A stretch of DNA of 33,730 nucleotides. It comes from Pseudobdellovibrionaceae bacterium. Lineage in GTDB: Bacteria; Bdellovibrionota; Bdellovibrionia; Bdellovibrionales; UBA1609. The DNA lies in the NCBI GenBank assembly GCA_030591685.1, contig JAUVAX010000028.1, positions 1-33,730 on the forward strand, given 5' to 3'. Below the pieces are notes generated by a model. The model had not been told where the DNA came from. It searched no databases and saw nothing but the letters and a program-made list of their open reading frames with translations. Made by a program: the position numbers and the translations under genes. Shown here one piece after another: positions 18,998 to 29,691 of this stretch. The number at the start of each line of letters is the position of its first letter. The first letter of the stretch is position 1.

Positions 18998-21106
18998 TTA
19001 ATGCGTCTCTGGCTTATCCAATAAAGCTTTTCGGCTTAATTTAATTCTACCAGCCCGGTCTACGTCTAACACTTTTACGTCTATTTCATCACCCTCAGCG
19101 AGTACATCGGTAACACTTCTCACTCGCTCATGAGCAATTTCAGAAATGTGTAATAATCCGCTTGTATTAGGTAAGACTTCAACAAAAGCTCCAAAGTCAG
19201 TAATTTTTACGACTTTACCTTTATAAGTAGCCCCCACCTCAGCTTCAGCAATAATGTCATTAATAATTTGAATCGCTTTTTCACTCGCCTTTGGGTCGCT
19301 AGAGGCCACATGTACAGTGCCATCATCGTCAATATTAATTTTAACGCCCGTTTGCTCAACAATACCCTTAATAACCTTACCACCAGCACCAATGATATCT
19401 TTTATTTTTTCAGTCTTAACTTTAAACGTAATGATTTTTGGCGCATACTTTGAAATCTCACCACGCGGGGTGCTAATGACCTCTTCCATTTTTGTTAAAA
19501 TATGATTACGACCCTCGCGAGCTTGCTCTAAGGCCTCTTCAATCACATCAAAACTTATAGAGTCTACTTTCATGTCCATTTGTAGAGCTGTGATACCCTC
19601 ACGAGTACCAGCCACTTTAAAGTCCATATCTCCTAAGTGATCTTCATCACCTAAAATATCAGAGAGCACAGCATATCTGTCGCCATCAGTAATTAGACCC
19701 ATGGCTATACCTGCCACGTTTCCTTTAATGGGCACACCAGCGTCTAGTAATGCCATTGTGCCGGCGCACACTGTACCCATTGAACTTGAACCGTTAGATT
19801 CTAAAACTTCACCCACAATACGAGTGACATATGGAAAGTCCTCTTGTGAAGGCATAACAGCCTCTAAAGAACGCTCTGCTAAAAAGCCATGACCAATCTC
19901 TCTACGAGACTGCCCACCCATGCGTCCGGTCTCTCCTACACAAAATGGTGGGAAATTGTAATGAAGCATAAATGATTTTTTGATAGTTCCATATAAAGCA
20001 TCTATATATTGCTCATCTGACCCGGTACCAAGGGTTACAGTACCTAAAACTTGAGTCTCACCTCGTGTAAACAGGGCTGAACCATGCGCTCTTGGCAACA
20101 ACTCAACCTCACAAGTGACCTGTCTGATGTCTTTAGAGCTACGCCCATCAATACGAACGCCTGTGTCTAAAACTAAATTACGAGCTAAATCATATTTTAA
20201 ACTTCCGACTATGGCCCCTAAATCTTTTGCACATAAAGCTTTTTGCTCGCTACTCTCAATGGTGTCTACAAATTTGGCCTGAGCCTCAGCTTTGGCCACA
20301 TCAACAGCGCTATATCTTTTAAGCTTATCTTTAATGCCTAAGGCCTCTTTTATTTTAGGTGATAAAAATTCTTCGACCTGTGACTTGAAATCAGTATTTA
20401 TTTGACGAGGCGCGAACTCTCGCTTTGGCACAGAGCCCACTTTTTCACGAAGTTCATCTTGAGCGTCAAAAATAACCCCCAACTGCTCATGACCAAATTT
20501 TAAAGCCTCTAAAGCATCTGTCTCAGAAATAAAACCAGACTCTCCCTCAACCATTGAAATACCACGACGTGTGCCTGAGACGATTAAACTAATGTCTGAG
20601 TTTTCTAAGTCTTCAACACTAGGGTTACCGACCATTTTACCATCTATGCGAGCCACATGAATAGTGGCATTTGGTCCATCAAAAGGGATGTCACTAATAT
20701 GAAGTGCCGTGGAGGCTCCGATACTGGCTAGAACCTCTACAGGGAACGTTCCATCAGCGCTCACAACAGTCGCTACAATTTGAGTTTCAAAGTTATATCC
20801 CTCGGGGAACAAAGGTCTCAAAGGTCTATCAATTAAACGACAGGTTAAAATTTGTAACGTCGAAGGGCGACCTTCACGCTTAAAATAACCACCAGGTATT
20901 TTACCTGTAGCGTAGAACTTTTCTACGTATTCAACCGTTAGGGGGAAAAAGTCTAACCCAGACTCTCTTTTACTCGAAACTACAGACACTAATACAGCGT
21001 TATCGCCACATCGGACCATTACTGTTCCGTTAGCTTGTTTTGCCATAAGGCCGGTTTCTATTGAAATTTCTTTACCGGCAAAAGAGGTTGTTACCGTTTG
21101 TTTCAT
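18998..21106 (-). CDS. pnp: Polyribonucleotide nucleotidyltransferase (PNPase)
   Basis: FFPLTVEY, RLIDRPLRP, ESNGSSSM, GDEDHLGDMDFKVAGT, KH and S1 domains. Confidence 0.98.
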   Translation of the reverse strand: MKQTVTTSFAGKEISIETGLMAKQANGTVMVRCGDNAVLVSVVSSKRESGLDFFPLTVEYVEKFYATGKIPGGYFKREGRPSTLQILTCRLIDRPLRPLFPEGYNFETQIVATVVSADGTFPVEVLASIGASTALHISDIPFDGPNATIHVARIDGKMVGNPSVEDLENSDISLIVSGTRRGISMVEGESGFISETDALEALKFGHEQLGVIFDAQDELREKVGSVPKREFAPRQINTDFKSQVEEFLSPKIKEALGIKDKLKRYSAVDVAKAEAQAKFVDTIESSEQKALCAKDLGAIVGSLKYDLARNLVLDTGVRIDGRSSKDIRQVTCEVELLPRAHGSALFTRGETQVLGTVTLGTGSDEQYIDALYGTIKKSFMLHYNFPPFCVGETGRMGGQSRREIGHGFLAERSLEAVMPSQEDFPYVTRIVGEVLESNGSSSMGTVCAGTMALLDAGVPIKGNVAGIAMGLITDGDRYAVLSDILGDEDHLGDMDFKVAGTREGITALQMDMKVDSISFDVIEEALEQAREGRNHILTKMEEVISTPRGEISKYAPKIITFKVKTEKIKDIIGAGGKVIKGIVEQTGVKINIDDDGTVHVASSDPKASEKAIQIINDIIAEAEVGATYKGKVVKITDFGAFVEVLPNTSGLLHISEIAHERVRSVTDVLAEGDEIDVKVLDVDRAGRIKLSRKALLDKPETH

Positions 21107-21150
21107 TCTATCTCCTTAAAAAATTTTTTTTACTTAGATGGTGAAAATTT

Positions 21151-21182
21151 AAAAGCCACTTAAGTTTAAGTAAGTGGCCTTT
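21151..21182 (-). terminator. Intrinsic terminator / hairpin between rpsO and pnp
   Basis: Minus strand GCCACTTA-CTTAAACT-TAAGTGGC followed by TTTT. Confidence 0.7.
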
Positions 21183-21195
21183 TGACTTGTTGAAT

Positions 21196-21465
21196 TTATT
21201 TTCTTAAGCCTAGGCCTGAAAGCATCTTTTGATACCCCTCTGGCTTTGTGCGCTTAAGATAGTCTAGCAACTTACGACGGCGATTAACCATTCGCACTAA
21301 ACCTCGTCGGCTATGATGATCTTTTTTGTTTTCTTTAAAATGGCCCGTAAGTTGGGTGATGCGTTCTGTGAGCAAAGCGATTTGCACTTCAGAGCTACCA
21401 GTGTCCAGTTCGGATAAACAATATTTTTGTACTACTTCTGATTTATTTTCTCTTGATAATGCCAT
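21196..21465 (-). CDS. rpsO: 30S ribosomal protein S15
   Basis: [18 protein letters not shown]...[20 protein letters not shown]. Confidence 0.98.
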   Translation of the reverse strand: MALSRENKSEVVQKYCLSELDTGSSEVQIALLTERITQLTGHFKENKKDHHSRRGLVRMVNRRRKLLDYLKRTKPEGYQKMLSGLGLRK

Positions 21466-21537
21466 GACTACTCCCTTTAAAAGTCACCCCAATAAAAACG
21501 TTTGGCTTTCGTTACTCAGAGCTTTGATTTTCAGCTG

Positions 21538-21566
21538 AAATTACTTATATTTACACTATTCGTCAA
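21538..21566 (-). promoter_or_regulatory. Putative sigma-70 promoter of rpsO
   Basis: Minus strand TTGACG-N17-TAATTT, about 70 nt upstream of the rpsO start. Confidence 0.5.
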
Positions 21567-21592
21567 GCACTTAAATCCCACTCTTAAATGTA

Positions 21593-22540
21593 TTATTTGG
21601 GCTTAAATACCCGTCTTATTTTCAACCCAGAGTCAGGCCGTGCCTCCAGTAAACATAATAAACGGCCCGTCTCCCCACTAAGGACCCGAACCCCTATTGT
21701 GATCCCCTCAGCTATGGCCTTTTTTTGCTCAACAATAAGCCTTCTATTGAGGTCATGAGACACCTGACCATTTAGAAGCAGCGTTTCATTTTTACCCTTT
21801 ATCGTCACTGTAGGCCAAGCATTTAAACAGTTCTCAAGAGTCATAAAACTACCCTTCAGACGCAAATATAAGGCCTTGTCATCTAGCGACTCTCCACACA
21901 TAGCTTTAAGGGCTTCTACTGAAGTCGAATTTTCAATTTTAAAGTGACTCGACTCTGTCCTTCTAAGTGTGGTTAGGTGACCTCCACACTTCAGAAGCTC
22001 ACCGATATAACTGCCCCAAGCCCTTATGTAGCCCCCTTTTTTACAACTTAGGCTCACTTTAAGAGTGCTCTCAGCCGCCTCTAACAGCTGAACATTATAA
22101 AAATGCATCACACGCTTAGGGGTTTCAAACACTTCATTTTGGCGAGCTTTATTGTATAGCTTTTGCCCCTGAACTTTAACCGCCGAAAATCTAGGTACAT
22201 TGAGCTCTAGAGCCCCTTGCGCCCGATCTACAGCTGACTTAATTTGCTCAAAAGACAAATCTACTAAAGACTCCGAAACAACTTGGCCCGTATTGTCTAA
22301 GGTGTCCGTTTGAACCCCAAGTTTGACCTCTGTAATGTAAGATTTATCTCCATCTCTTAGGTAATCAGAGATCTTAGTCGCCTCGCCGATAAGAAGGATC
22401 AACAACCCTGTAGCAAAAGGGTCCAGTGTGCCAGCATGACCGACAGACTTAATATTAAAAGCCTTTCTAACAATGCTCACAACATCATGGCTTGTTATAC
22501 CCGCTGGTTTATCAACCAGCAAAACACCATTTAAACTCAT
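21593..22540 (-). CDS. truB: tRNA pseudouridine(55) synthase
   Basis: DKPAGITSHDVV, VGHAGTLDPFATGLL, P.FSAVKVQGQKLY..AR. Confidence 0.96.
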   Translation of the reverse strand: MSLNGVLLVDKPAGITSHDVVSIVRKAFNIKSVGHAGTLDPFATGLLILLIGEATKISDYLRDGDKSYITEVKLGVQTDTLDNTGQVVSESLVDLSFEQIKSAVDRAQGALELNVPRFSAVKVQGQKLYNKARQNEVFETPKRVMHFYNVQLLEAAESTLKVSLSCKKGGYIRAWGSYIGELLKCGGHLTTLRRTESSHFKIENSTSVEALKAMCGESLDDKALYLRLKGSFMTLENCLNAWPTVTIKGKNETLLLNGQVSHDLNRRLIVEQKKAIAEGITIGVRVLSGETGRLLCLLEARPDSGLKIRRVFKPK

Positions 22541-22896
22541 GAATTTTGGCTCGATATACCCTGTAGGATTTTTTCTATTTTTAAAACTTGATCATAAGAC
22601 TTATCTATATAAAATTTTATTTTAGGGCAAAATCTGGACCTTAACTTAGTATGAATATGCTTTTGTAACCTATAGGCCTCAGACTGTAGACCTTCTAAAT
22701 CTTCATCCTCATGGCCTTCAGCTCCCATAAAATGAACATAAACTTTTGCATTCCTTAAGTCGGGGCTCACTTGAACCCTCGTGACCGTGGGCAGACCCGC
22801 TAAATGCACCTTAAGACCCATCATTACATATTCAGCAGATAACTGACGGACTTCTTTTTCAAATCTCTGTACTCTTCGTGATACTTCCTCGGGCAT
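22537..22896 (-). CDS. rbfA: 30S ribosome-binding factor A
   Basis: TVTRVQVSPDLRNAKVY, RFCPKIKFYID; between infB and truB. Confidence 0.9.
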   Translation of the reverse strand: MPEEVSRRVQRFEKEVRQLSAEYVMMGLKVHLAGLPTVTRVQVSPDLRNAKVYVHFMGAEGHEDEDLEGLQSEAYRLQKHIHTKLRSRFCPKIKFYIDKSYDQVLKIEKILQGISSQNS

Positions 22897-22915
22897 AAAA
22901 ACTTTCCTTTATACT

Positions 22916-25579
22916 TTAATCATCAAGTGTTCTTGCTACTTCTTTCACTTCGTAAGCTTCTATGATGTCCCCAACCTTAATATCATTATAATTCTCTATC
23001 CCTAATCCACATTCGTAGCCCGCTATGACCTCTTTGGCGTCATCTTTAAAGCGCTTTAAGCTCCCTAAAATACCGTCATAAACGACCTTACTATCTCTCA
23101 CTAAACGGACCTGACAGCCGCGAGTAATTTTACCCTCAACAACCGAGCTCCCTGCAATGAGTCCCATTTTTGGTACGCTAAAGGTCTCTCTCACCTCGGC
23201 AGATCCCAATTGGCTTTCAACCCTATCAGGGGCCAATAAACCACCCATGGCTTTTTTAATCTCATCTAAAAGCTCATAAATAATTTTGTAGCATTTAATT
23301 TCAACACCCTTTTGTTTAGCCAACAATTGAGCCTTTGTGTCTGGTCGAACGTTAAACCCAATAACTAAGCCACCAGATGTGCTTGCGAGTAAAATATCCG
23401 ACTCAGTAACACCACCCACAGCTGTATGAATGACTTTAACTTTAACCTCATCAGTTGCGATTTTTTCAAATGAAGATTTAATAGCCTCTAAACTACCGGC
23501 CACATCACCTTTTAAAATAACGGGCAATTCACTTACGGCTCCTGATTTTACTTTTGCAAACAATAGATCTAATGACATTTTAGAGTTAGGCACCTCGCTG
23601 GCGACTATTTTTTTACTTCGTGCCTCTACGAGTAGTTTGGCCTGGGCCTCATCTTTACAAACATCAAAGCCGTCTCCTGCAGCAGGAGCGGCACTTAAAC
23701 CCGTTATTTCAATGGGTCGACCGGGGCCAATCTCTTTAACCCTTTGGCCACGATCGTTACTCATGGCTCTAATTTTACCAACAATAAGGCCGGCGGCTAC
23801 AATATCACCCACTCTGACTGTTCCATCTTGAACAAGTAACGAGGCTACGGAGCCTCGGCCCTTTTCAACTCTAGCTTCAATAATGGTACCCATGCCTGAA
23901 CGCTTTGGGTTGGCCTTTAGCTCTAGAATTTCAGCCTGTAAGCTTATTTGCTCTAATAACTCTTTAATGCCATCGCCTTTAAGGGCAGAGACTTCACAAA
24001 ATATAGTACTCCCCCCCCATTCTTCAGAGACAAGTTCATACTCAGTTAACTGCTGCTTAATGCGTTCAATATTTGCCTGAGGCTTATCTATTTTATTAAT
24101 AGCTACGATAATTGGCACCTCAGCAGCCTTTGCATGACTAATGGCTTCTGCTGTTTGAGGCATCACACCATCATCTGCAGCGACAACAATAATAACTATA
24201 TCTGTAACGTTAGCACCTCTCTCACGCATTGTTGTAAACGCCTCGTGACCAGGAGTATCTATAAAAGTAACATCCCCTATTTCGGTCTTCACCTCATAGG
24301 CACCAATATGCTGAGTAATGCCCCCGGCTTCAGCCGAAGCCACATCGGCTTTACGAATTGAATCAAGTAACGTAGTTTTACCATGATCAACATGGCCCAT
24401 TACTGTGACAACAGGAGGTCTTGCTATTTTTTCAGCCTCTAAGTCGCCAAAGGCAACTGTTTGCGCCATGTCCTCTTCGGTTTTAAATAGTGTTTCGGCC
24501 TCAAAACCAAACTCTGATACAATCAATGAGACCGTGTCAAAATCTAGCATGGAGTTCATGTTTGCCATCTCTCCATTTTTTACCAATGCTTTTATGAGCT
24601 GAGGAGCCTTAATTTTTAATTGCAGAGCTAAATCAGACACTGAAATATCTTCGTACATTTTAACAACTCGTTTTGATGCTTTTGGGGTAGTGAGTTGAGT
24701 TTTTTTAGAGTCTCCTCTTAAAACCACCCTCTTTTTCTTAGGTTGAAATATAACTTCGCGCTTTTTGAAATCTGAGGAGGTGAAGGTTTTAGTCACTCTC
24801 TCCTCTTTACCGGCGCGTCTTTTTCGCTCTTCTCTTCTTTTTTCTTCTTCAGAGGCCGTTGAAGTTGTAGGGGCAACAAAACCTGTCCTTATATTACCAC
24901 GAACATTAGTTCTCGAAGCAGGAGCAACCCCCATTTTAGGGGGCAATGCAGAGGAAGCCCCCGCAGCCCCAGGGCGATTATGCGTGCGAGCAGGAGTACT
25001 CACCGTTGGCAAATCAATTTTACCAACAATACTGCGGCCCATTTTTGGTATGGCTGTTTTTTTAGCACTACCGGATTCAGAGGCCTCTGTTGATTCTTCA
25101 GTGGTTACTTCAGGTTGAGATAATGCCGCCTCTTCGCGCTGTTTAGCCTCAAGAGCCAAGCGCTCTTCTTTTTCTTGAATAGCTGAGGCTTTTCGTCGAA
25201 TAACTGTTTTCTTTTGAGCTGTCTCTTCAACAACTGCAACTTTTGCGGCCACTTTTTTAGTGACCTTTTTAGTGATAGTTTTTTTAACTACCGTCTTCTT
25301 TTTAGTGACCGCTTTTTTGGCCACCTTCTTTTTAGCAACACTTTTTTTAGCGACACTCTTTTTGGCCACTTTCTTTTTAGCGGCCTTCTTTTTTACCTTC
25401 TTTGAAGAGCTTTCGTCCTCTAATCTACGGTTTATCTCATCAATCAAACCTTCATCTAAAGAGGCCATATGACTTTTAACCGGCAAGTCCCAGGATCTAA
25501 TTTTATCCATTAAAGCTAATGTTTCCATACCAATTTGCTTTGCAAATTCATATACTTTTGTTACTTCGCTCACTTGCAC
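22916..25579 (-). CDS. infB: Translation initiation factor IF-2
   Basis: RPPVVTVMGHVDHGKTTLLD, DTPGHEAF, NKID, C-terminal SLKRFKDDAKEV..GYECG. Confidence 0.98.
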   Translation of the reverse strand: MQVSEVTKVYEFAKQIGMETLALMDKIRSWDLPVKSHMASLDEGLIDEINRRLEDESSSKKVKKKAAKKKVAKKSVAKKSVAKKKVAKKAVTKKKTVVKKTITKKVTKKVAAKVAVVEETAQKKTVIRRKASAIQEKEERLALEAKQREEAALSQPEVTTEESTEASESGSAKKTAIPKMGRSIVGKIDLPTVSTPARTHNRPGAAGASSALPPKMGVAPASRTNVRGNIRTGFVAPTTSTASEEEKRREERKRRAGKEERVTKTFTSSDFKKREVIFQPKKKRVVLRGDSKKTQLTTPKASKRVVKMYEDISVSDLALQLKIKAPQLIKALVKNGEMANMNSMLDFDTVSLIVSEFGFEAETLFKTEEDMAQTVAFGDLEAEKIARPPVVTVMGHVDHGKTTLLDSIRKADVASAEAGGITQHIGAYEVKTEIGDVTFIDTPGHEAFTTMRERGANVTDIVIIVVAADDGVMPQTAEAISHAKAAEVPIIVAINKIDKPQANIERIKQQLTEYELVSEEWGGSTIFCEVSALKGDGIKELLEQISLQAEILELKANPKRSGMGTIIEARVEKGRGSVASLLVQDGTVRVGDIVAAGLIVGKIRAMSNDRGQRVKEIGPGRPIEITGLSAAPAAGDGFDVCKDEAQAKLLVEARSKKIVASEVPNSKMSLDLLFAKVKSGAVSELPVILKGDVAGSLEAIKSSFEKIATDEVKVKVIHTAVGGVTESDILLASTSGGLVIGFNVRPDTKAQLLAKQKGVEIKCYKIIYELLDEIKKAMGGLLAPDRVESQLGSAEVRETFSVPKMGLIAGSSVVEGKITRGCQVRLVRDSKVVYDGILGSLKRFKDDAKEVIAGYECGLGIENYNDIKVGDIIEAYEVKEVARTLDD

Positions 25580-25642
25580 TCCTTGTTTTCATAAAAACAG
25601 TCTTCAAAATAATTTTACTTTTAAACAGGTCACCCTACTGAC

Positions 25643-27181
25643 TTATTTAGCCTTTTCACTCTCAGTTGTCGCCGGCGCATCATCTCCAGATTTACTTACT
25701 AGACCCTCAGCCTCTGGCTGATCCACTTTTTTGTCATCGTCGTTAGACCCTTCAGCAGAGTCTGCCTCAACAGTCTCCTCAGGAGTTTCAGTATTTAGGG
25801 CCGCAAGCTCCTGCTGCAATCTTTCATCGGCTTGTTCTTTAACCGATCCGCTGCCTGTAGACTTCCCGGGGGTAACTACTGTTTTTGTCGACTCAGGGGC
25901 TTTTGGCATTTCTTTACCCTCTTTTTCATAACTATCAACAAGTTCTTGAGCTTTTTTAATAAGCTCGGTCGCCTTTGCTTCTTCTTCGTAACCAGGGATC
26001 ACTTGTACTTCAATGACAGCTGAATCAGAAATATCCTGCACACCATTAAAACCAGATTGGTAAATATTTTGAGCCATTGTTTCAGACATGCCAGGTAAAA
26101 GCATAAGGTTAAAAATACACTCAGCTGTTTTTTGAGCAATCGCACTGTCAGAGGTTATATCTAGTCTCCAACCAGTTAATTTAGCTGCAAGGCGGACATT
26201 TTGCCCTCTTTTACCAATAGCTAAACTTAGTTGGGCATCAGGGACAACCACTTCCATTTCTCTACGTTCTTCGTCAATAAATACTTTAGAAATTTCAGCC
26301 GGCGCAAGAGCATTACATACAAAGCGAGCGACATCTTCATCCCATACAACAATATCAATTTTTTCTCCAGAGAGCTCTGAAACAATATTTTGCACTCTTG
26401 ACCCCTTCATACCAACACAGGCCCCGACAGGGTCCACAGAAGGGTCAGAAGAAGTCACCGCAATTTTAGCCCTTTGACCGGGCTCTCTAGCCACTGCTTT
26501 TATTTCAACAATTCCATCATAAACTTCAGGCACTTCTATTTCAAAAAGCTTTATGAGATAGTCTTCTCCGGCTCGGGTCATAATAATCTGAGGACCTCTG
26601 TTAGTTTGGCGTACGTCAGAGATAAACCCTTGTATCCGATCACCCGGTTTAAAAACCTCACCCTGAATTTGCTCTCTAGGGGGGATGTGCGCCTCAATAC
26701 GCCCCAAATCCACAACAATACTTCGTCTCTCCACACGCCTTGCAATACCAGAGGCGATGTCACCTTTTCTTGTTTCAAATTCATTAAAAATAATTTCTCT
26801 TTCAGCATCTCTAACTTTTTGAATTATAATTTGTTTTGCTGTTTGTGCAGCTATACGCCCTAAATCTGACGAATCTAGCTTAGCCCCAATAGAGTCATGC
26901 AGTTGTGCTTCAGGGTCGAGGACTAAAGCCTCACTCAGTTTTATCTCAACCTCTTCGTCTACAAAGTCTTTATCCGGGACAACTTCTTTAAACTCAAAAA
27001 GTTCAACATCACCAGCTTCATCGTTGTACTGAGCTTCAATCTCTCTGTAAGTTCCATATTTCTTTCTTACAGCGACGAGCATACCTTGAACAACGGCATC
27101 AACAATAACCTGCTTATCAATGCCTTTTTCTTTACCCACTTGATCTATAATTTTACTTAAACTTGAAAACGTATCCGCCAT
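25643..27181 (-). CDS. nusA: Transcription termination/antitermination factor NusA
   Basis: Likely start MADTFSSL at 27181 (AGAGG RBS); [43 protein letters not shown]; acidic tail. Confidence 0.97.
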   Translation of the reverse strand: MADTFSSLSKIIDQVGKEKGIDKQVIVDAVVQGMLVAVRKKYGTYREIEAQYNDEAGDVELFEFKEVVPDKDFVDEEVEIKLSEALVLDPEAQLHDSIGAKLDSSDLGRIAAQTAKQIIIQKVRDAEREIIFNEFETRKGDIASGIARRVERRSIVVDLGRIEAHIPPREQIQGEVFKPGDRIQGFISDVRQTNRGPQIIMTRAGEDYLIKLFEIEVPEVYDGIVEIKAVAREPGQRAKIAVTSSDPSVDPVGACVGMKGSRVQNIVSELSGEKIDIVVWDEDVARFVCNALAPAEISKVFIDEERREMEVVVPDAQLSLAIGKRGQNVRLAAKLTGWRLDITSDSAIAQKTAECIFNLMLLPGMSETMAQNIYQSGFNGVQDISDSAVIEVQVIPGYEEEAKATELIKKAQELVDSYEKEGKEMPKAPESTKTVVTPGKSTGSGSVKEQADERLQQELAALNTETPEETVEADSAEGSNDDDKKVDQPEAEGLVSKSGDDAPATTESEKAK

Positions 27182-27182
27182 T

Positions 27183-27749
27183 TTACTTCCTCTTTTTTTG
27201 TTTTGGAGCTTTTTTTGCTCCAGGATGTTCAAAACTAAACTTAGTTTTTGCCTTATGTATATAATTTCGCGGAACACTCCATATAAAATCGCCGCTCTTA
27301 ACATTTATAACTTCATCATTAGCTAATACCAGCTCTCCAGATAAACTCTTTACCGGTTTTTTAGCCACATACCCTTCAGGGGCCGTTAAATCACAGTTTG
27401 CTGAAATTTGTACTGTTTGGCCTATAGCTTTCTCAAAGTGCCATGTTAACTTTAAAACCCTCTCTAAACCTGGTGTAGAAACCTCTAGTTCATAGGCGCC
27501 ACCGGCAACCATATCCTCAACATCTAACAAAAGGCTCAAACTCTTTGAAACATTCATGCAGTCATCTACAGTAGCTCCCGAGGGCTTACCTTCAACACAC
27601 AAATCCTCACCCTTATCTATATAAACCCTTAAAATTCTATGACCCGGCCCGCCGACCATTTCAAGGTCATACAAAACACAGCCCTCTCTTTGGCTCACTT
27701 CATTTACAATTTGTTCAAGTTTTTCAATATGTTGTGAAGACAAACTCAA
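27183..27749 (-). CDS. rimP: Ribosome maturation factor RimP
   Basis: ILRVYIDK, VDDC..VS, YELEVSTPGLERVL; first gene of the nusA-infB operon. Confidence 0.93.
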   Translation of the reverse strand: MSLSSQHIEKLEQIVNEVSQREGCVLYDLEMVGGPGHRILRVYIDKGEDLCVEGKPSGATVDDCMNVSKSLSLLLDVEDMVAGGAYELEVSTPGLERVLKLTWHFEKAIGQTVQISANCDLTAPEGYVAKKPVKSLSGELVLANDEVINVKSGDFIWSVPRNYIHKAKTKFSFEHPGAKKAPKQKKRK

Positions 27750-27774
27750 AATTACTAAACCTCATTTATGTAAT

Positions 27775-27798
27775 AAAAAAGAGGACCAATGGTCCCCT
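27775..27798 (-). promoter_or_regulatory. rimP leader hairpin (terminator-like attenuator)
   Basis: Minus strand AGGGGACC-ATT-GGTCCTCT then TTTTT in the rimP 5' UTR; possible TTGCAA-N17-TAGAAC promoter at 27811-27839. Confidence 0.65.
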
Positions 27799-27924
27799 TA
27801 CGCAGAATCTGTTCTAACAAAATGACTTATTAATTGCAACTCAAATTATTAAACTATGTCTATATATATACCCCTCACTTAAATTTAAAATTACTCAATA
27901 TGTACAGTTAGTTATATGACTTTC

Positions 27925-28371
27925 TTAACCCTCCACCGTATAGCTCATAAGCAGTGCTGAACATCTGTTTTTATAATAATTATCCCGCTGCCCGCTCTTA
28001 ACAAAGCCCATTTTTTTATAAAAATTTATGGCTTTGCTGTTGTTTTCAGCGACTTCTAGCCATATTTCTGAAGTTTTTAGGGTTAAAAACTCCTGCCAAA
28101 CCTGTGTCATAACCTGGTTTTTTTGGTGATCCTGATGGGTGCCCATCAAAGTCACCTCTTTTACATTTTTATCAATATTTCTAAAAATTAGGCCTGCAAT
28201 TAGGCTTTTTTTAAAATAAGCCACAACACAGCCGCCAGCTAAAAGCTCTTCACTCACCTGTTTGAGCGACCAATTTACATCAAGTCCGACCCTTTGGCTC
28301 AACAGCTGATGCAATTCTTTGATAACTTTTTGAGGAGGTAATTTTAGGTGCTTTACTATTTCTAGGTCCAT
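27925..28371 (-). CDS. GNAT acetyltransferase, RimI-like
   Basis: IWLEVAENNSKAINFYKKMGF...G.RDNYY...ALLM. Confidence 0.8.
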   Translation of the reverse strand: MDLEIVKHLKLPPQKVIKELHQLLSQRVGLDVNWSLKQVSEELLAGGCVVAYFKKSLIAGLIFRNIDKNVKEVTLMGTHQDHQKNQVMTQVWQEFLTLKTSEIWLEVAENNSKAINFYKKMGFVKSGQRDNYYKNRCSALLMSYTVEG

Positions 28372-28373
28372 AA

Positions 28374-29003
28374 TTATAATAAAAAATTTCTCACACGGTG
28401 TTTAGAGCGCAAAACCTCAAACCAAGATTTTAAACGACTATCAACCTGCTTACGATTTAAAAATGATTTAATATTTTGTTTTAATACTAAAAATTTAGTC
28501 TTGCCAAATTTAGTTTTATTTTCGTTATAATAGTTTTCAGCCTCGGTATCTGTCACCGGGACAACCGCACTACTGGCTTTAAACTGTATAAACTCTTTTG
28601 CAATGAGCTTAACTCTTAAAACATCCCTTAACTCCAAGGGTGTTGTTTCAAGTTTGACCCAATTAGGGTTTTTAGCTAAAACTCTTTTTATCTTTCTTAA
28701 TTTTTTATTAAAATCTTTTTTATAATTTTGCTCAAAGTTAAAGCTCTTTGCCTCAAGGTACACGACCCACTCTAAAATAATAGCCGAAACTCGATTGGCA
28801 AAAACCTTTGAGCTTAAATCCTTTGGGATTTGAGTAGCTGAAGTAAATAGTACCTTTTCTGCATACAAACTTTGCAAAGCCTCACGACTTGTAATCACGT
28901 GGTCACCCACCTGACCAACACTCATGCTTACAACCTCAGCATTTACCTGCTGATTAAAAAACAATAAAAACATAAAACTCATTAACATTTTTTTATTATA
29001 CAT
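28374..29003 (-). CDS. Exported SurA N-terminal-like chaperone domain protein
   Basis: Signal peptide; VGQVGDHVITSRE and VTDTEAENYYNENK motifs typical of SurA/PrsA chaperone domains; no evident PPIase core. Confidence 0.55.
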   Translation of the reverse strand: MYNKKMLMSFMFLLFFNQQVNAEVVSMSVGQVGDHVITSREALQSLYAEKVLFTSATQIPKDLSSKVFANRVSAIILEWVVYLEAKSFNFEQNYKKDFNKKLRKIKRVLAKNPNWVKLETTPLELRDVLRVKLIAKEFIQFKASSAVVPVTDTEAENYYNENKTKFGKTKFLVLKQNIKSFLNRKQVDSRLKSWFEVLRSKHRVRNFLL

Positions 29004-29318
29004 AAAAAACCCCTAAATAGACCCTCTCCCGCTTAAAACCACCTATTTCGCTGCAACACAACATGCCTTTAAACTCTACCGACCCTCCCAAGGCCTCTCT
29101 CGTTTTAGTACTCATACAAGTCAGCCACCCACATTTTAATGTATTTATGAGCACGTAAGGCTAAAGCGGCCTATTTAAAAAAAAGAACCTAGTAGGTTTG
29201 ACTACCAAGATAAAAAGGGAGATATATTTTTAATGTTTAATATGGCGGATTTAGTAGACGGAGCTTTATATATTGGTAGACGCGTCTCCCAACCTGACTT
29301 GGAGTTGAATTTATTTAT

Positions 29319-29405
29319 GCCGATGTGGCGGAATTGGTAGACGCGCAGGATTCAAAATCCTGTATCTTCACGGATGTGTCGGTTCGATTCCGACCATCGG
29401 TACCA
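29319..29405 (+). tRNA. tRNA-Leu (anticodon CAA)
   Basis: GCCGATG/CATCGGT acceptor stem, D-arm TGGCGGAATTGGTAGACGC, anticodon arm CAGGA-TTCAAAA-TCCTG, long variable arm, GGTTCGATTCC, encoded CCA. Confidence 0.97.
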
Positions 29406-29493
29406 TAAGTAAATGAAATTGATAATAAAATACGAAAACAAAAATCGGTTCTTCACATTTAGTCAAAAAAATATCCCTTTAAAAGGACAATCC

Positions 29494-29691
29494 ATGAGCC
29501 AGTTTGACCATATATTCATAGCCCCTAAAAATTGGGAGGCCTCCTTAGCTTTTTATAAAGACAACTTAGGCTTTGAAAAAGTCTCTTCTTGGGGAGATCA
29601 ATCAGAAGGGCGAGGAGCTGTTTTAAAAAGCGGTGGTTTTACCGTTGTCATCGCTGAAGAGCATGAAAATAAAGGGAGAATTATTAAATAA
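29494..29691 (+). pseudogene. Truncated VOC/glyoxalase family gene
   Basis: AAGGA RBS then MSQFDHIFIAPKNWEASLAFYKDNLGF (VOC N-terminal motif); stops after 65 aa, about half the usual length. Confidence 0.65.

Noticed and set aside
21466..25642. Absence of ylxR, ribF and DUF503 from the nusA-infB-rbfA-truB-rpsO cluster
   Set aside because: These genes are variably present across bacteria, so the absence is not remarkable.
23430..26863. Antisense and alternate-frame ORFs over infB and nusA (likewise over rel, mutL, pnp, the Clp gene and the TPR gene)
   Set aside because: Shadow frames of well-supported genes, with no recognisable motifs.
27182..27304. 41-aa N-terminal extension of NusA in the ORF track
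   Set aside because: It overlaps rimP in another frame; the ATG at 27181 has an RBS and gives a normal NusA start.
29413..29493. ORF-track N-terminal extension of the VOC fragment
   Set aside because: It starts 8 nt after the tRNA with no RBS; the ATG at 29494 has AAGGA and begins the VOC motif.
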